Source of the DNA: Candidatus Latescibacterota bacterium | GTDB taxonomy: Bacteria; Latescibacterota; UBA2968; UBA8231 | Direction: 5' to 3' | DNA length: 64,000 nt | Assembly: GCA_965215195.1 (NCBI GenBank) | Contig: CBDCDC010000001.1 | Coordinates: 576,001 to 640,000 of the forward strand | Shown here: positions 29,302 through 38,660 of the stretch, one piece after another | Layout: each line of letters starts with the position of its first letter | Numbering within the stretch: the first letter of the stretch is position 1 | Position numbers and translations under genes: made by a program | The notes under the pieces: model-generated | The model's input: only the letters and a program-made list of their open reading frames with translations | Told to the model about the DNA's origin: nothing | Databases searched by the model: none

Positions 29302-29868
29302 CTACCAGCCACATGCTTCGCGCAACGGACGCATCGCCTCCGCACTGCCTTTTAGATTGAAAGTACCTTCCACCACGGGTCCGACCTCTGGATCAGTTCT
29401 CACAAACAGCTTTCGGGCACTTGCAATTTTACGCGCCCAAGAAACGCCGTTATAAGCAAAAATCGCCTTACCAGTGGTGGATTGCCTCCAACCCTTTTTT
29501 TCTGCAGGCTCTTGGTCAAAACGGGACCAGACAAAGAGATCCCATCCCCTGATTCGTTCCAAAACCGTATAGTAACCAATGAGCACATCCGTTTTGCCCT
29601 CTAAACAACGGACTATAAGCTGCAGGAGGACGTTGTCCTCTGCTCTTAAAACCATAAATACATTCTGTGAGTCATCGAGCGGCGAGGTTTCCCGCCTCAC
29701 ATACCACTGGCCTGTGTCAGAATCAAGCACGCCATTCTGCGAGTCATCGAGCGGCGAGGTCTCTCGCCTCACATCCCCACTGCCCGTGTCAGAATCAAGC
29801 GAACGACTGCATCCACCGGAAACGAAAAGCAAGCAACTCACGCAAACGGAGAGCATTAATTGTTTCAT
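29302..29868 (-). CDS. Hypothetical lipoprotein, VasI/TagO-like fold
   Basis: Lipobox VSGGC; SPLDDS...LIVRCLEGKTDVLI...FNLKG...PLREACGW; internal 72-bp duplication. Confidence 0.6.
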   Translation of the reverse strand: MKQLMLSVCVSCLLFVSGGCSRSLDSDTGSGDVRRETSPLDDSQNGVLDSDTGQWYVRRETSPLDDSQNVFMVLRAEDNVLLQLIVRCLEGKTDVLIGYYTVLERIRGWDLFVWSRFDQEPAEKKGWRQSTTGKAIFAYNGVSWARKIASARKLFVRTDPEVGPVVEGTFNLKGSAEAMRPLREACGW

Positions 29869-29889
29869 GCTGCGGGTATCCTTTTCTCG

Positions 29890-32800
29890 TCAGCTCTCAT
29901 CGGCAAAGTCGCGCGCATTCTGAAAGAGCTTCAGCCACGGCCCTTCTTCGCCCGTCCACTCGGCCGGACGCCAAGATAGCTGGACATTGCGGAAGACGCG
30001 CTCGGGGTGCGGCATCATAATGGTGGCGCGGCCATCGGCGCTGGTGAAGGCGGTTAGTCCTTCGGGCGAGCCGTTCGGGTTGGACGGATAGCGTTTGGCC
30101 GGGCGGCCGTAGTTATCCACGTAGCGCAGGCAAAGCTGGTTTTGCATCCGCGCTCGTTCTAGTGCCGGCTCGTCGCCAAATTGGACGCGGCCCTCGCCGT
30201 GTGCCACCGCAATGGGCAAGCGCGATCCCTCCATGCCGCGCAAGAGCACCGAGCGGCTCTCCAGCACCTCTACGGCCGCGAGCCGCGCCTCAAACTGCTC
30301 GGAGCGGTTGCGCCCAAATCGCGGCCAGTTGCCCGCGCCCGGGATCAGTTCCACGAGATGCGACAGCATCTGGCAGCCATTGCACACCCCCAAGGAAAAG
30401 GTATCCGGCCGCTCAAAGAAGGCGGCGAATTGCTCGCGCAGGCGGTCGTGAAAGAGGATGGAACGCGCCCAGCCGGCCCCGGCCCCGAGTACGTCGCCGT
30501 AGCTGAAGCCGCCGCAGGCAGCCAGCCCGTGAAACGAACTCAACTCAACGCGGCCTGCCAACAGGTCGGTCATGGTCACGTCAACCGCCTCGCAGGCGGC
30601 GGCGTCAAAGGCCGCGGCCATTTCCACGTGGCCGTTGACGCCCTGCTCGCGCAGTATCGCCACGCGGGGGCGCGCCTTTCCCCCTATGGTCGGGGCGACT
30701 TTGTGCGCCAAGTGAAAATTCAGGCCCGGATTGCGGCCATCGCCAAGGGCCTCGTACTCCTCGCGAGCGCAGTCTGGGTCGTCGCGGTGGGCCTGCATCC
30801 GATACGTCAGCTCAGCCCACGCCGCGTGGAGGTTGAGCAGGGGGGCGGCATAGACGAGATCGCCGCGGCTGGAAACGCGCAGGTGCAAGTCGTCAACGGG
30901 CTGACCCACGCCGTGGACCAAGTCGGCAATGCCTTGGTCCGCAAAGACCTTGTACACGGCTGCCTCATCCTCGGCGCGATATTGGATTACAACGCCCACT
31001 TCCTCGCAAAACAGCGCGGCGAGCGGATCGCGGCCCAGCGTGTTGATCTCCAGCTCCACGCCGCAACGGCCAGCAAACGCCATCTCGGCTACCGCGGCAA
31101 AGAGGCCGCCGTCGGATCGGTCGTGGTACGCAAGCACGAGCTCTTGGTCGAGCAAGGTCTGCACGGCCTCGTACAAGCCGCGCACATCGCCTGCATCTAC
31201 GTCCGGGACCTCGTTGCCGATTTGGTTGAACGCTTGGGCGAGGCAAGAGCCGCCGAGGCGGTTGCGCCCGCGACCCAAATCCACGAGCAGCAGCCGGGTG
31301 TGGCCGCGCTTTAGGTCGGGCGTGACGTGGCGGCGCACATCTTCTACAGGCGCGAAGGCCGAGACGACCAAGCTCAAGGGCGCGACCACTTTGTGCGCTG
31401 TGCCCGCGGCGTCTTCCCACACCGCCCGCATGGACAGCGAGTCTTTGCCCACTGGGATCGACACCCCTACGGCCGGGCAAAACTCCAAACCCACTGCACG
31501 CACTGCGTCGTACAGGGCCGCGTCCTCGCCCTCCTCGCCGCAGGCACACATCCAGTTGCCCGACAGCTTGATGCGGTGGATCGGGCCGATGTGCGCCGCG
31601 GCAATGTTGGCAATGGCCTCGGCAATGGCCACGCGCCCGGACGCCGGCGCATCCACCAAGGCAAGGGGCGTGCGCTCGCCCATGGCCATGGCCGACCCAG
31701 TGTACCCCTGAAAGGAGTGGCAGGTCAGGGCCAGATCCGCGACCGGCACCTGATGGGGGCCAACCATCTGATCGCGGGCCACCAAGCCGGTGACCGTGCG
31801 GTCGGCAATGGCGATGAGGAAGGTCTTGGCCGCTACGGCCGGGAAGCGGAGCACGTGCGCGGCGGCCTCGGCTACCGAGAGGTGCTCTAAGGCGAGGGGC
31901 TGCTGCACGGGCTGGCTGCGCGTTGCGCGGCGCAGCATCTTGGGCGGCTTGCCCAAAATGACCGCTAGGTCGAGGCGGTCGATGGGCTTGCCGCCGAGCA
32001 GGGCGTCGTCGAGGGACAGCGTACCGTCGCCAGTGATCTCGCCGATGACCGCAAACAGGCAGCGCTCGCGAGCAGCCAACTCGGCAAAGCGTTCCAAATC
32101 GGCGCGGCCCACCACCAGCACGTAGCGCTCTTGCGCCTCATTGCTCCAAATCTGCATCGGACTCATGCCCGGATCGTCGTTGTGAATGGCGCGTAAGTCA
32201 AAGCGTGCGCCCACGTCTGCCACCAGTTCCGGGCAGGCGTTGGACAGGCCGCCGGCCCCCACGTCGTGGATGCTGACGATGGGGTTTTTTGCCCCGAGCG
32301 CGATGCAGCGGCTGATCAGCTCTTGGCAGCGGCGCTGCATCTCGGGGTTGTCGCGCTGCACCGAGGCAAAGTCGAGGTCTTCGCTGTTGGCACCTGTGTC
32401 CATGCTAGAGGCCGCGCCGCCGCCGAGGCCGATGAGCATGGCCGGTCCTCCGAGCTGGATGACGCAATCGCCCGCGGCCGGAGTTTTCTTCTCCACGTGC
32501 GCCGCGTCGATGAGGCCAACGCCGCCTGCGACCATGATCGGCTTGTGGTAGCCGCGCCACACCCCGGTACTGTCGTCCTCCAAGGTGCGGAACATCCCCA
32601 AGATGTTGGGCCGGCCGAATTCATTGCCAAAGGCCGCGCCGCCGATCGGCCCTTCGGTCATAATCGCGAGCGGGGAAGCCAAGCGGTCCGGGAAGGCCGC
32701 GCGCTCTTTTTCCCACGGCTGGGCGAACCCGGGCAGGCGCAGATGCGAGGTGAAAAAGGCGCACAGGCCCGCCTGCGACCAGCCGCCGATGCCGGCTGCT

Positions 32801-33741
32801 CCCTCGTCGCGGATCTCTCCTCCGACCCCAGTAGATGCGCCGGGATAGGGTGCGATGGCCGTGGGGTGGTTGTGGGTCTCGACCTTGATCAAGACGTGGG
32901 TCTGCCGCTGGCGGTATCCATAGCGAAAGCCCTCGTCTGGGCCGAAGACCGGCACGGCAAAGCCCTCGATCGCGCCGGCGTTGTCGGAATACGCCTTGAC
33001 CGTACCTTGGGGGTGGGCGGTGTGCGTGTGGCGAATCATGTCGAAGAGCGAGTGCGTCTCGCGCTGGCCATCGACGATCCAAGCGGCATTGAAAATTTTG
33101 TGGCGACAGTGCTCGGAGTTGACCACCGCAAACATCATCAGCTCCACATCGGTCGGATCGCGGCCGGCAAAGGCGTGCAGCGCGTAGTCAATTTCCTCTT
33201 CCGAGAGGGCCAAGCCCATCTCGCGGTTGGCGGCCACGAGCGCATGCCGTCCCTCGGCCCGCACCGGGATGTGGACTAGCGGCTTGGGATCCACCCGGCG
33301 AAAGAGGGTCTCTAAGGAATTGAGCGGGGCCTCAGTCATGCGGTCGTAGAGCAGCGGCAAGACCGCGCTGGGCAAGGTATCGGCGGCAAAGGCATAGAGC
33401 GTACCGCGCTCGACGCGGCGCACGAATTCGAGGCCGCAGTTTCTGAGGATGTCGGTGGCCTTGCTCGACCACGGGGACGTCGTGCCCGGCCGCGGGCCAA
33501 TGGCCACCTCGTTGTGCGCCCGCGCCGGCAGGGCCGCATCCACCCCGAGGATGCGCATGAGCCGCGCCAACTCGTCATCGGCTAGGGCGCGTCCGCATTG
33601 CACGGCATAGAAGTACGTGGCGCGCAGATCCTCAATCTCGGGTGCGCAGCTCTGGCAGTGCGCTAGGAGCGACCGGCGGCGCAGGGACGACAGGGCCGGG
33701 GGGCCGACAAAGGCGAGTAGCGGGAATGGGTTAGCTGCCAT
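29890..33741 (-). CDS. purL: Phosphoribosylformylglycinamidine synthase (large PurL)
   Basis: [51 protein letters not shown]. Confidence 0.98.
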   Translation of the reverse strand: MAANPFPLLAFVGPPALSSLRRRSLLAHCQSCAPEIEDLRATYFYAVQCGRALADDELARLMRILGVDAALPARAHNEVAIGPRPGTTSPWSSKATDILRNCGLEFVRRVERGTLYAFAADTLPSAVLPLLYDRMTEAPLNSLETLFRRVDPKPLVHIPVRAEGRHALVAANREMGLALSEEEIDYALHAFAGRDPTDVELMMFAVVNSEHCRHKIFNAAWIVDGQRETHSLFDMIRHTHTAHPQGTVKAYSDNAGAIEGFAVPVFGPDEGFRYGYRQRQTHVLIKVETHNHPTAIAPYPGASTGVGGEIRDEGAAGIGGWSQAGLCAFFTSHLRLPGFAQPWEKERAAFPDRLASPLAIMTEGPIGGAAFGNEFGRPNILGMFRTLEDDSTGVWRGYHKPIMVAGGVGLIDAAHVEKKTPAAGDCVIQLGGPAMLIGLGGGAASSMDTGANSEDLDFASVQRDNPEMQRRCQELISRCIALGAKNPIVSIHDVGAGGLSNACPELVADVGARFDLRAIHNDDPGMSPMQIWSNEAQERYVLVVGRADLERFAELAARERCLFAVIGEITGDGTLSLDDALLGGKPIDRLDLAVILGKPPKMLRRATRSQPVQQPLALEHLSVAEAAAHVLRFPAVAAKTFLIAIADRTVTGLVARDQMVGPHQVPVADLALTCHSFQGYTGSAMAMGERTPLALVDAPASGRVAIAEAIANIAAAHIGPIHRIKLSGNWMCACGEEGEDAALYDAVRAVGLEFCPAVGVSIPVGKDSLSMRAVWEDAAGTAHKVVAPLSLVVSAFAPVEDVRRHVTPDLKRGHTRLLLVDLGRGRNRLGGSCLAQAFNQIGNEVPDVDAGDVRGLYEAVQTLLDQELVLAYHDRSDGGLFAAVAEMAFAGRCGVELEINTLGRDPLAALFCEEVGVVIQYRAEDEAAVYKVFADQGIADLVHGVGQPVDDLHLRVSSRGDLVYAAPLLNLHAAWAELTYRMQAHRDDPDCAREEYEALGDGRNPGLNFHLAHKVAPTIGGKARPRVAILREQGVNGHVEMAAAFDAAACEAVDVTMTDLLAGRVELSSFHGLAACGGFSYGDVLGAGAGWARSILFHDRLREQFAAFFERPDTFSLGVCNGCQMLSHLVELIPGAGNWPRFGRNRSEQFEARLAAVEVLESRSVLLRGMEGSRLPIAVAHGEGRVQFGDEPALERARMQNQLCLRYVDNYGRPAKRYPSNPNGSPEGLTAFTSADGRATIMMPHPERVFRNVQLSWRPAEWTGEEGPWLKLFQNARDFADES

Positions 33742-33789
33742 GAAAACTCTCAAGGATTGGTAGTGGGTCACGTTGAATTTTTACGCGAG

Positions 33790-34153
33790 TCTTGGGACGC
33801 CGCTCAGGGCGTCGACGCGGCGGGCGAGGTAGTGGCGTTGGACGCGGCCCTACGGGCGAGTCGACAAAATCGTGCTGCTATTGGGGGTGGAGGACTCGGT
33901 CGTGGTGGATACCCAAGACGCGCTATTAACCAATGGTGCTAGTGAGTTGACCGCGGTCAAGGTAGTTCCTACGCCGCGGGTATCCCACCTTCCAGCGAAG
34001 GAGCGTCCCATGACCACGGCCAAGTTTATAATAGCCCTCTTCTATCGGATCGACAACCCGATGGGCGATGTGCCCAAACACCCCAAGCCGCTTTATATCC
34101 CAGCGAAACGGTGCCGCTGGCGGTTTGGTTATTAGTGTGCGCGAAGGGGGCGG
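33790..34153 (+). pseudogene. Decayed fragment of mannose-1-phosphate guanylyltransferase (manC-like), interrupted by an IS remnant
   Basis: Frameshifted pieces SWDA..GEVVALDA / DKIVLLLGVEDSVVVDTQDALL|VCAKGA resemble the ManC C-terminal region. Confidence 0.6.
33929..34129 (+). mobile_element. 201-bp internally deleted IS remnant with 5-bp TSD (IS982-like transposase N-terminus)
   Basis: Ends ACCAA...TTGGT flanked by TATTA (33924-28, 34130-34); encodes MTTAKFIIALFYRIDNPMGDVPKHP/LYPSETV; the paralogous copy has a single TATTA at 46245. Confidence 0.75.
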
Positions 34154-34154
34154 C

Positions 34155-34198
34155 TTAGCATGGAGCAGCTAAAAGATTAGCATGGAGCAGCTAAAAGA
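34155..34198. repeat. Perfect 22-bp tandem duplication
   Basis: TTAGCATGGAGCAGCTAAAAGA x2. Confidence 0.95.
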
Positions 34199-34224
34199 GA
34201 AATATCGCTAGGCTTCTTAGGGCG

Positions 34225-34716
34225 TCATCCTTCCCGAGAATCGCTGCCCAGTTCCTCGTCGAATAGCCGTTTGGCTTGGGTAGCGGCCCATTGCTCGCAG
34301 GCGTGTGCTGCTTGGGTGGTCGGCTCGCGAACATCCGGGGGGACAGAAAGACCGAGTTTGCCAAGCGCGACTTCCACCGCTTTTTGGAGTTGTTGTTGCT
34401 CCCATCGCCATGCGTCGGAATCGAGATACAGAATCGGCATGGCCAGTACTTCCTCTTGGCCAGCGAGCAGCTTCTGCAAGACAGCCCGCGATGCCCCACG
34501 ACGGTTGCGTTCGAGCCCAAGCTCGTAGCAGAGCATCTCATCGCGGTAGGTCTCCACCCGCTGTTGGACGAAGGAGCATTGCTCTGGGGAGGGGGGATGG
34601 CTTATGAGATCTGGGGTTGGCGTACTAGTGCTACGACGCCTATAGCAATAGTATATAGCGCCGCCTGCAATGAGCGCAGTACCGGCGGCCAAAATCACGA
34701 GACTCGTCGTATTCAT
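34225..34716 (-). CDS. Hypothetical protein with N-terminal TM anchor, last gene of the dynamin operon
   Basis: LVILAAGTALIAGGAIYY followed by a helical domain; start abuts the upstream stop. Confidence 0.7.
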   Translation of the reverse strand: MNTTSLVILAAGTALIAGGAIYYCYRRRSTSTPTPDLISHPPSPEQCSFVQQRVETYRDEMLCYELGLERNRRGASRAVLQKLLAGQEEVLAMPILYLDSDAWRWEQQQLQKAVEVALGKLGLSVPPDVREPTTQAAHACEQWAATQAKRLFDEELGSDSREG

Positions 34717-36705
34717 TTAGGCACTCCTCGCTGGTTCATATTCAGCTTTAAGTAGTTCTACTTGCAGTTTTCGCCGATCCAATTCCACAAGCTGATCGTC
34801 AATCTCTTGCCGCTTGTCCTCATCCGACGAAATTGTTTCTTGCAACTCTTCTAACACCTTCTGCTTCTTTTCGAGAATGTACTGACACCTCCCTTCCATT
34901 GTCCTAAGAGCCTCTTGTCCGTGATTATTCAACTCTCTACCAATGTGATCAGAGAGTTTGTCAAGCTCCTTTTGCAGAAGCGACTCAAGGTCAGAGTCCA
35001 ACTTCTTAACAGCATCATCTTTGCCTGCCTGCGTATCCCAAACCCTCTGCCACCAAGTAGTTGCAGCTTTCACAGTGTCCTGCAGAGTCTCAAAATTAAG
35101 AGCGATTTCCAGTTCCGCTTCTACACGCTTACAAATGGTATTAGCCGAGATCGGCAGTAAATGATACTGTGATCCCTGATCAAAGGAGAATCCACTTGCC
35201 AACAATTTCTCTGAGAGATCATTCTCTGTCTGATTGAGCGTGTCTTCGATTGTACGCACAATATCCCTGATAGCTTGTGCGAGAACGTTGCGATGCTTAT
35301 ATAGATGGTTCCCAATACCCATCGCCATTCCTGCCATATTAGCGATTTTCTTCACACTGCGAAGGTCGTCTTTGATCCCTTGCAAAACCTTACTAATCGT
35401 TTTATTGATGCTCTCTTGCAGGGGCCCTTGTGCTTCGTCAAGACTCTTCTCGAAATGCTTCCTCGCGTTCCTGACAACTGAAGCTATCGAAACAATGTTT
35501 GTTCTTATCCGAGCGAGTTCTTCGTTGCGCTCTTCTTGCGATGCGTTAATAGCATCGAGATTAGTCGTCAATATCGCCTTGTCTTGAGAGATGCCTACAG
35601 CGGCATTTTCAAAGACGCTGTCCAAACGCCTTTGATGTGCCTCGATAATACTATCGCCTTTGGTGGAGATGATTCGTTGTTCAATGACATTGCGAAGTCG
35701 TTCCATACCGTGCTGCTCCGGCTCCAGATAGCCCTTGCCGTCTAGCTCCCTTTCATACCATGTTAAATCATCGGACAGGGGGCGGCCTGCTTCCTGCATG
35801 GCAGCAATAAGCCCACCGAGGCTGCTGACGAGTACAATCTGGTCGTCATCTCCAAACAGTGCCTTCATCCTCAGGTCGTCACTATCCCGGATCTTCCGAA
35901 TGTGACTCCAAATGGCCTCTTTGTTGGGTTGACTGTCGCACTTGTTCACCGCGATGATGCGCCGCTGGGGATTGATGTGTGCCAAGTACTCGTCGATAAA
36001 TTTCACGTCCGAACCAGTCATGCCGGCTTGCCCGGCAAAAGTAACGTACACCACAGCGTCGGCCCGCTCAATCCACTCGCGAGTGATTTTGTCGCGCACC
36101 GGGTTCGGATCATTGGTTCCGGGGGTATCGGCTACGGTCACCTGATGCAGCCACGGACGATCCGCCCATAATCGCACAGAGTTGACATACGCACTGTATG
36201 TGCCCCCGCGGCTACATATCGCCGCAAACTGGTGCAGCTTATCGAGACCGTCCTCGGAAATGACGCGAGCCGGGTTGGTGAGCAGGTCGGATTCCTTGAG
36301 CCCTTCCGCACGAGCAGTTTCTCGCGCCTCAGCCAGTTCCTGCGCGGAGCGTTCATCTTGCTTGCTTCCTTCCTTCACTTGGTTAAACTCGTCACACGTG
36401 TACAGGGTGGCCTCAACTCGCTCTGCTTCACTTTCACTCCCTTCCATGAGTGCGATCTTGGCCGTCATGGTCGTAACGTGACTCGGTAGTATCTCCTCCG
36501 AGAAAAGCAGGGCGTTGAGCAGAGTCGATTTCCCGCTGTTCATCTCGCCACATACTGCCACGACGAAGCGACCTTCTTGTAGGTTGGATTTTGCCTCCTG
36601 AAGTGCCTCCACGTCTGCCGTTAGCAATTCATGGTTTTCAACGACGCGGTCGTACCACTCACAGATAGTCGCTTGGTACTTTTGGTACGCTTGGAAGTTT
36701 TTCAT
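34717..36705 (-). CDS. Bacterial dynamin-like GTPase (third)
   Basis: G1 GEMNSGKST, G3 DTPG, G4 NKCD, long helical/coiled-coil C-terminus. Confidence 0.9.
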   Translation of the reverse strand: MKNFQAYQKYQATICEWYDRVVENHELLTADVEALQEAKSNLQEGRFVVAVCGEMNSGKSTLLNALLFSEEILPSHVTTMTAKIALMEGSESEAERVEATLYTCDEFNQVKEGSKQDERSAQELAEARETARAEGLKESDLLTNPARVISEDGLDKLHQFAAICSRGGTYSAYVNSVRLWADRPWLHQVTVADTPGTNDPNPVRDKITREWIERADAVVYVTFAGQAGMTGSDVKFIDEYLAHINPQRRIIAVNKCDSQPNKEAIWSHIRKIRDSDDLRMKALFGDDDQIVLVSSLGGLIAAMQEAGRPLSDDLTWYERELDGKGYLEPEQHGMERLRNVIEQRIISTKGDSIIEAHQRRLDSVFENAAVGISQDKAILTTNLDAINASQEERNEELARIRTNIVSIASVVRNARKHFEKSLDEAQGPLQESINKTISKVLQGIKDDLRSVKKIANMAGMAMGIGNHLYKHRNVLAQAIRDIVRTIEDTLNQTENDLSEKLLASGFSFDQGSQYHLLPISANTICKRVEAELEIALNFETLQDTVKAATTWWQRVWDTQAGKDDAVKKLDSDLESLLQKELDKLSDHIGRELNNHGQEALRTMEGRCQYILEKKQKVLEELQETISSDEDKRQEIDDQLVELDRRKLQVELLKAEYEPARSA

Positions 36706-38660
36706 CAGAATGTATGCTCCTTCATTTTATTGATCCGTTCTTGGAGTCTGCTCAATTCTTCGGTTTTTTTCGCAACCTCCACTTCACTTCTTTCTGTGGT
36801 GCTGATGACGGCTCCCTTCAGTCCATCTATCACCTCCTGAATAACCAGAACACTGATGTTGTCTCCCCGAGACGCAAAATATTCGATTATACGTTCCAAG
36901 TGCTGGTCTCTAGAAACTTCGGCCTCATATTCGTACTGCCAGAATTTCCCTTTCCCTCTCTTTCTTTTTTTATGCTGCGTCCATTCATTTTCTTGAAAAG
37001 ATTGTACTGTTTCTTGAACTGCTTTGCGAATCAGATCGAGAAAATTTTCCTTCAGATGCTCAACAGCTTGTTGAGGCGTGAAGTCGAAGTTGATATCAAG
37101 AGATCGTTTTAAGTATGAAAGTAGCCCTTGATATATTCCATATATACGATGCCAATTATCGTGCTTATCCATTACGTCAGGTGCTATGTCTAAGTAAACG
37201 CGAACTTGATAATATACAGTATCCGAAAAAAACCCCTCTTCAGTGCGTTTGTTTTTGGTAGTTATTTCAATAGGTATATCTGAAAAAATCTCGTTGACAA
37301 GCTTAAGCGTATCGTACTTCGCTTTTTCGATAGCTTCAAGTGCGGTCTCTTGGCGTCTAGTTTCATCACCACCATCACCTTCTCCGGCAGACCCACTTAG
37401 TGCTTTCTCTAAATCAGAAAGCGTCGTTTGCCAGTCCTCTCGCAGTTGCAAGGTGTTGCGCTCAAATTGCTGTTCAAGCAAGACGTGTCGTTCTGCAGAC
37501 ACCTGCTTCACCATCTCGGCAAGTTGTTTGCGGGACGCCAGTCCCGAATTCGATGAGACGGGCACATCGTACACGTTGCCGCTGATATCGAGTCGGTAAC
37601 TCTGTATCGTCCGTTTGGCCGAGATATTTTCTCGAAATGACTGGCGCTCCTCGTATGCAGATCGCATACGCTGCATGGCGATGTCCAGCGGGTCAAGCAA
37701 TGCCTCATCTTCGGCTTCACTCAACTGCAACGCAGAGACAAGCACGACATCGCGAAAACGTTCGTCGTGTAACTCTTCGCATACACGCTTCACTTCGGTA
37801 CGTTGTGATGGCGGCAATCCTTCAGCCTTGTTGAGCAAGAGAAATACGGGTTGACGAGACTCATTGGTCGAATTTTGCGAAATCCGATCTAATTGGTCCA
37901 ACAGCGTATTTGATGGATTCCCCTTATTGGCATCCGTAAGTACGAACAGCACGTCCGATCCCTTGACTGCTTCTTCGGTCACTCTGGTATCATTCACATT
38001 TGGAGGTGGGGCATTAAACCCAGGCGTATCGACAAGCCGAATATGATCAAGAACCGGAGAATTTACCGCAATGCGAAAGGTATTCGGCTCGCTGTCGCCT
38101 TCTTTTTTATGCTGAGCCAACGCACGATACTTCGATTTATCCAGAGCGATCCACGTTCCGTCCGCCAATCCCTGCTCAAAACGTTCCTCGCCGCCATGGA
38201 CGAAGTGCGTTACGGATGCGGTCGTTGGTTCATCGCCAACCGGGCACATATCCATTTCCAAGAGTGCATTGATGAACGTCGATTTACCCGCATTAAAGTC
38301 GCCGACCACCGAGACGGTCAAACGACCGATACCGTCTCGATGCTCTCGTTGCTCAGCAAGGTGGTCAGTCAGGCTCCTCTCCAAGGAATCCAACTTATGC
38401 TCGAGCTCGCCGGTCAAAAGATTGAGTTCAGCATCTGCAAACTGATCTCGAACGGACCGCAAGGCGAGGAGACACTCAATCGTCTCGTTGAGCTCTGTCC
38501 CATCCGATCTCGCATTGGAGGCGACAAAGCCCTGCTTATCAGCAGATCGGGCTTTGGCTTTGGCCTTGGGTTTGGCCTTGGCCTTGGGCTTGGCTTTGGG
38601 CTTGGCTTTGGCTTTGACTTTGGCTTTGGCCTTGACTTTGGCTTTGGGCTTGGGCTTCAT
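36705..38660 (-). CDS. Bacterial dynamin-like GTPase (second) with Lys/Ala/Pro-rich N-terminal tail
   Basis: G1 GDFNAGKST, PTTA, DTPG, NKAE; N-terminus MKPKPKAKVKAKAK... Confidence 0.9.
   Translation of the reverse strand: MKPKPKAKVKAKAKVKAKAKPKAKPKAKAKPKAKAKARSADKQGFVASNARSDGTELNETIECLLALRSVRDQFADAELNLLTGELEHKLDSLERSLTDHLAEQREHRDGIGRLTVSVVGDFNAGKSTFINALLEMDMCPVGDEPTTASVTHFVHGGEERFEQGLADGTWIALDKSKYRALAQHKKEGDSEPNTFRIAVNSPVLDHIRLVDTPGFNAPPPNVNDTRVTEEAVKGSDVLFVLTDANKGNPSNTLLDQLDRISQNSTNESRQPVFLLLNKAEGLPPSQRTEVKRVCEELHDERFRDVVLVSALQLSEAEDEALLDPLDIAMQRMRSAYEERQSFRENISAKRTIQSYRLDISGNVYDVPVSSNSGLASRKQLAEMVKQVSAERHVLLEQQFERNTLQLREDWQTTLSDLEKALSGSAGEGDGGDETRRQETALEAIEKAKYDTLKLVNEIFSDIPIEITTKNKRTEEGFFSDTVYYQVRVYLDIAPDVMDKHDNWHRIYGIYQGLLSYLKRSLDINFDFTPQQAVEHLKENFLDLIRKAVQETVQSFQENEWTQHKKRKRGKGKFWQYEYEAEVSRDQHLERIIEYFASRGDNISVLVIQEVIDGLKGAVISTTERSEVEVAKKTEELSRLQERINKMKEHTF

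Noticed and set aside
29302-29868. Evidence for a type VI secretion system from the VasI/TagO-like gene
   Set aside because: Solitary gene with no other T6SS components in the window; the fold assignment is itself tentative
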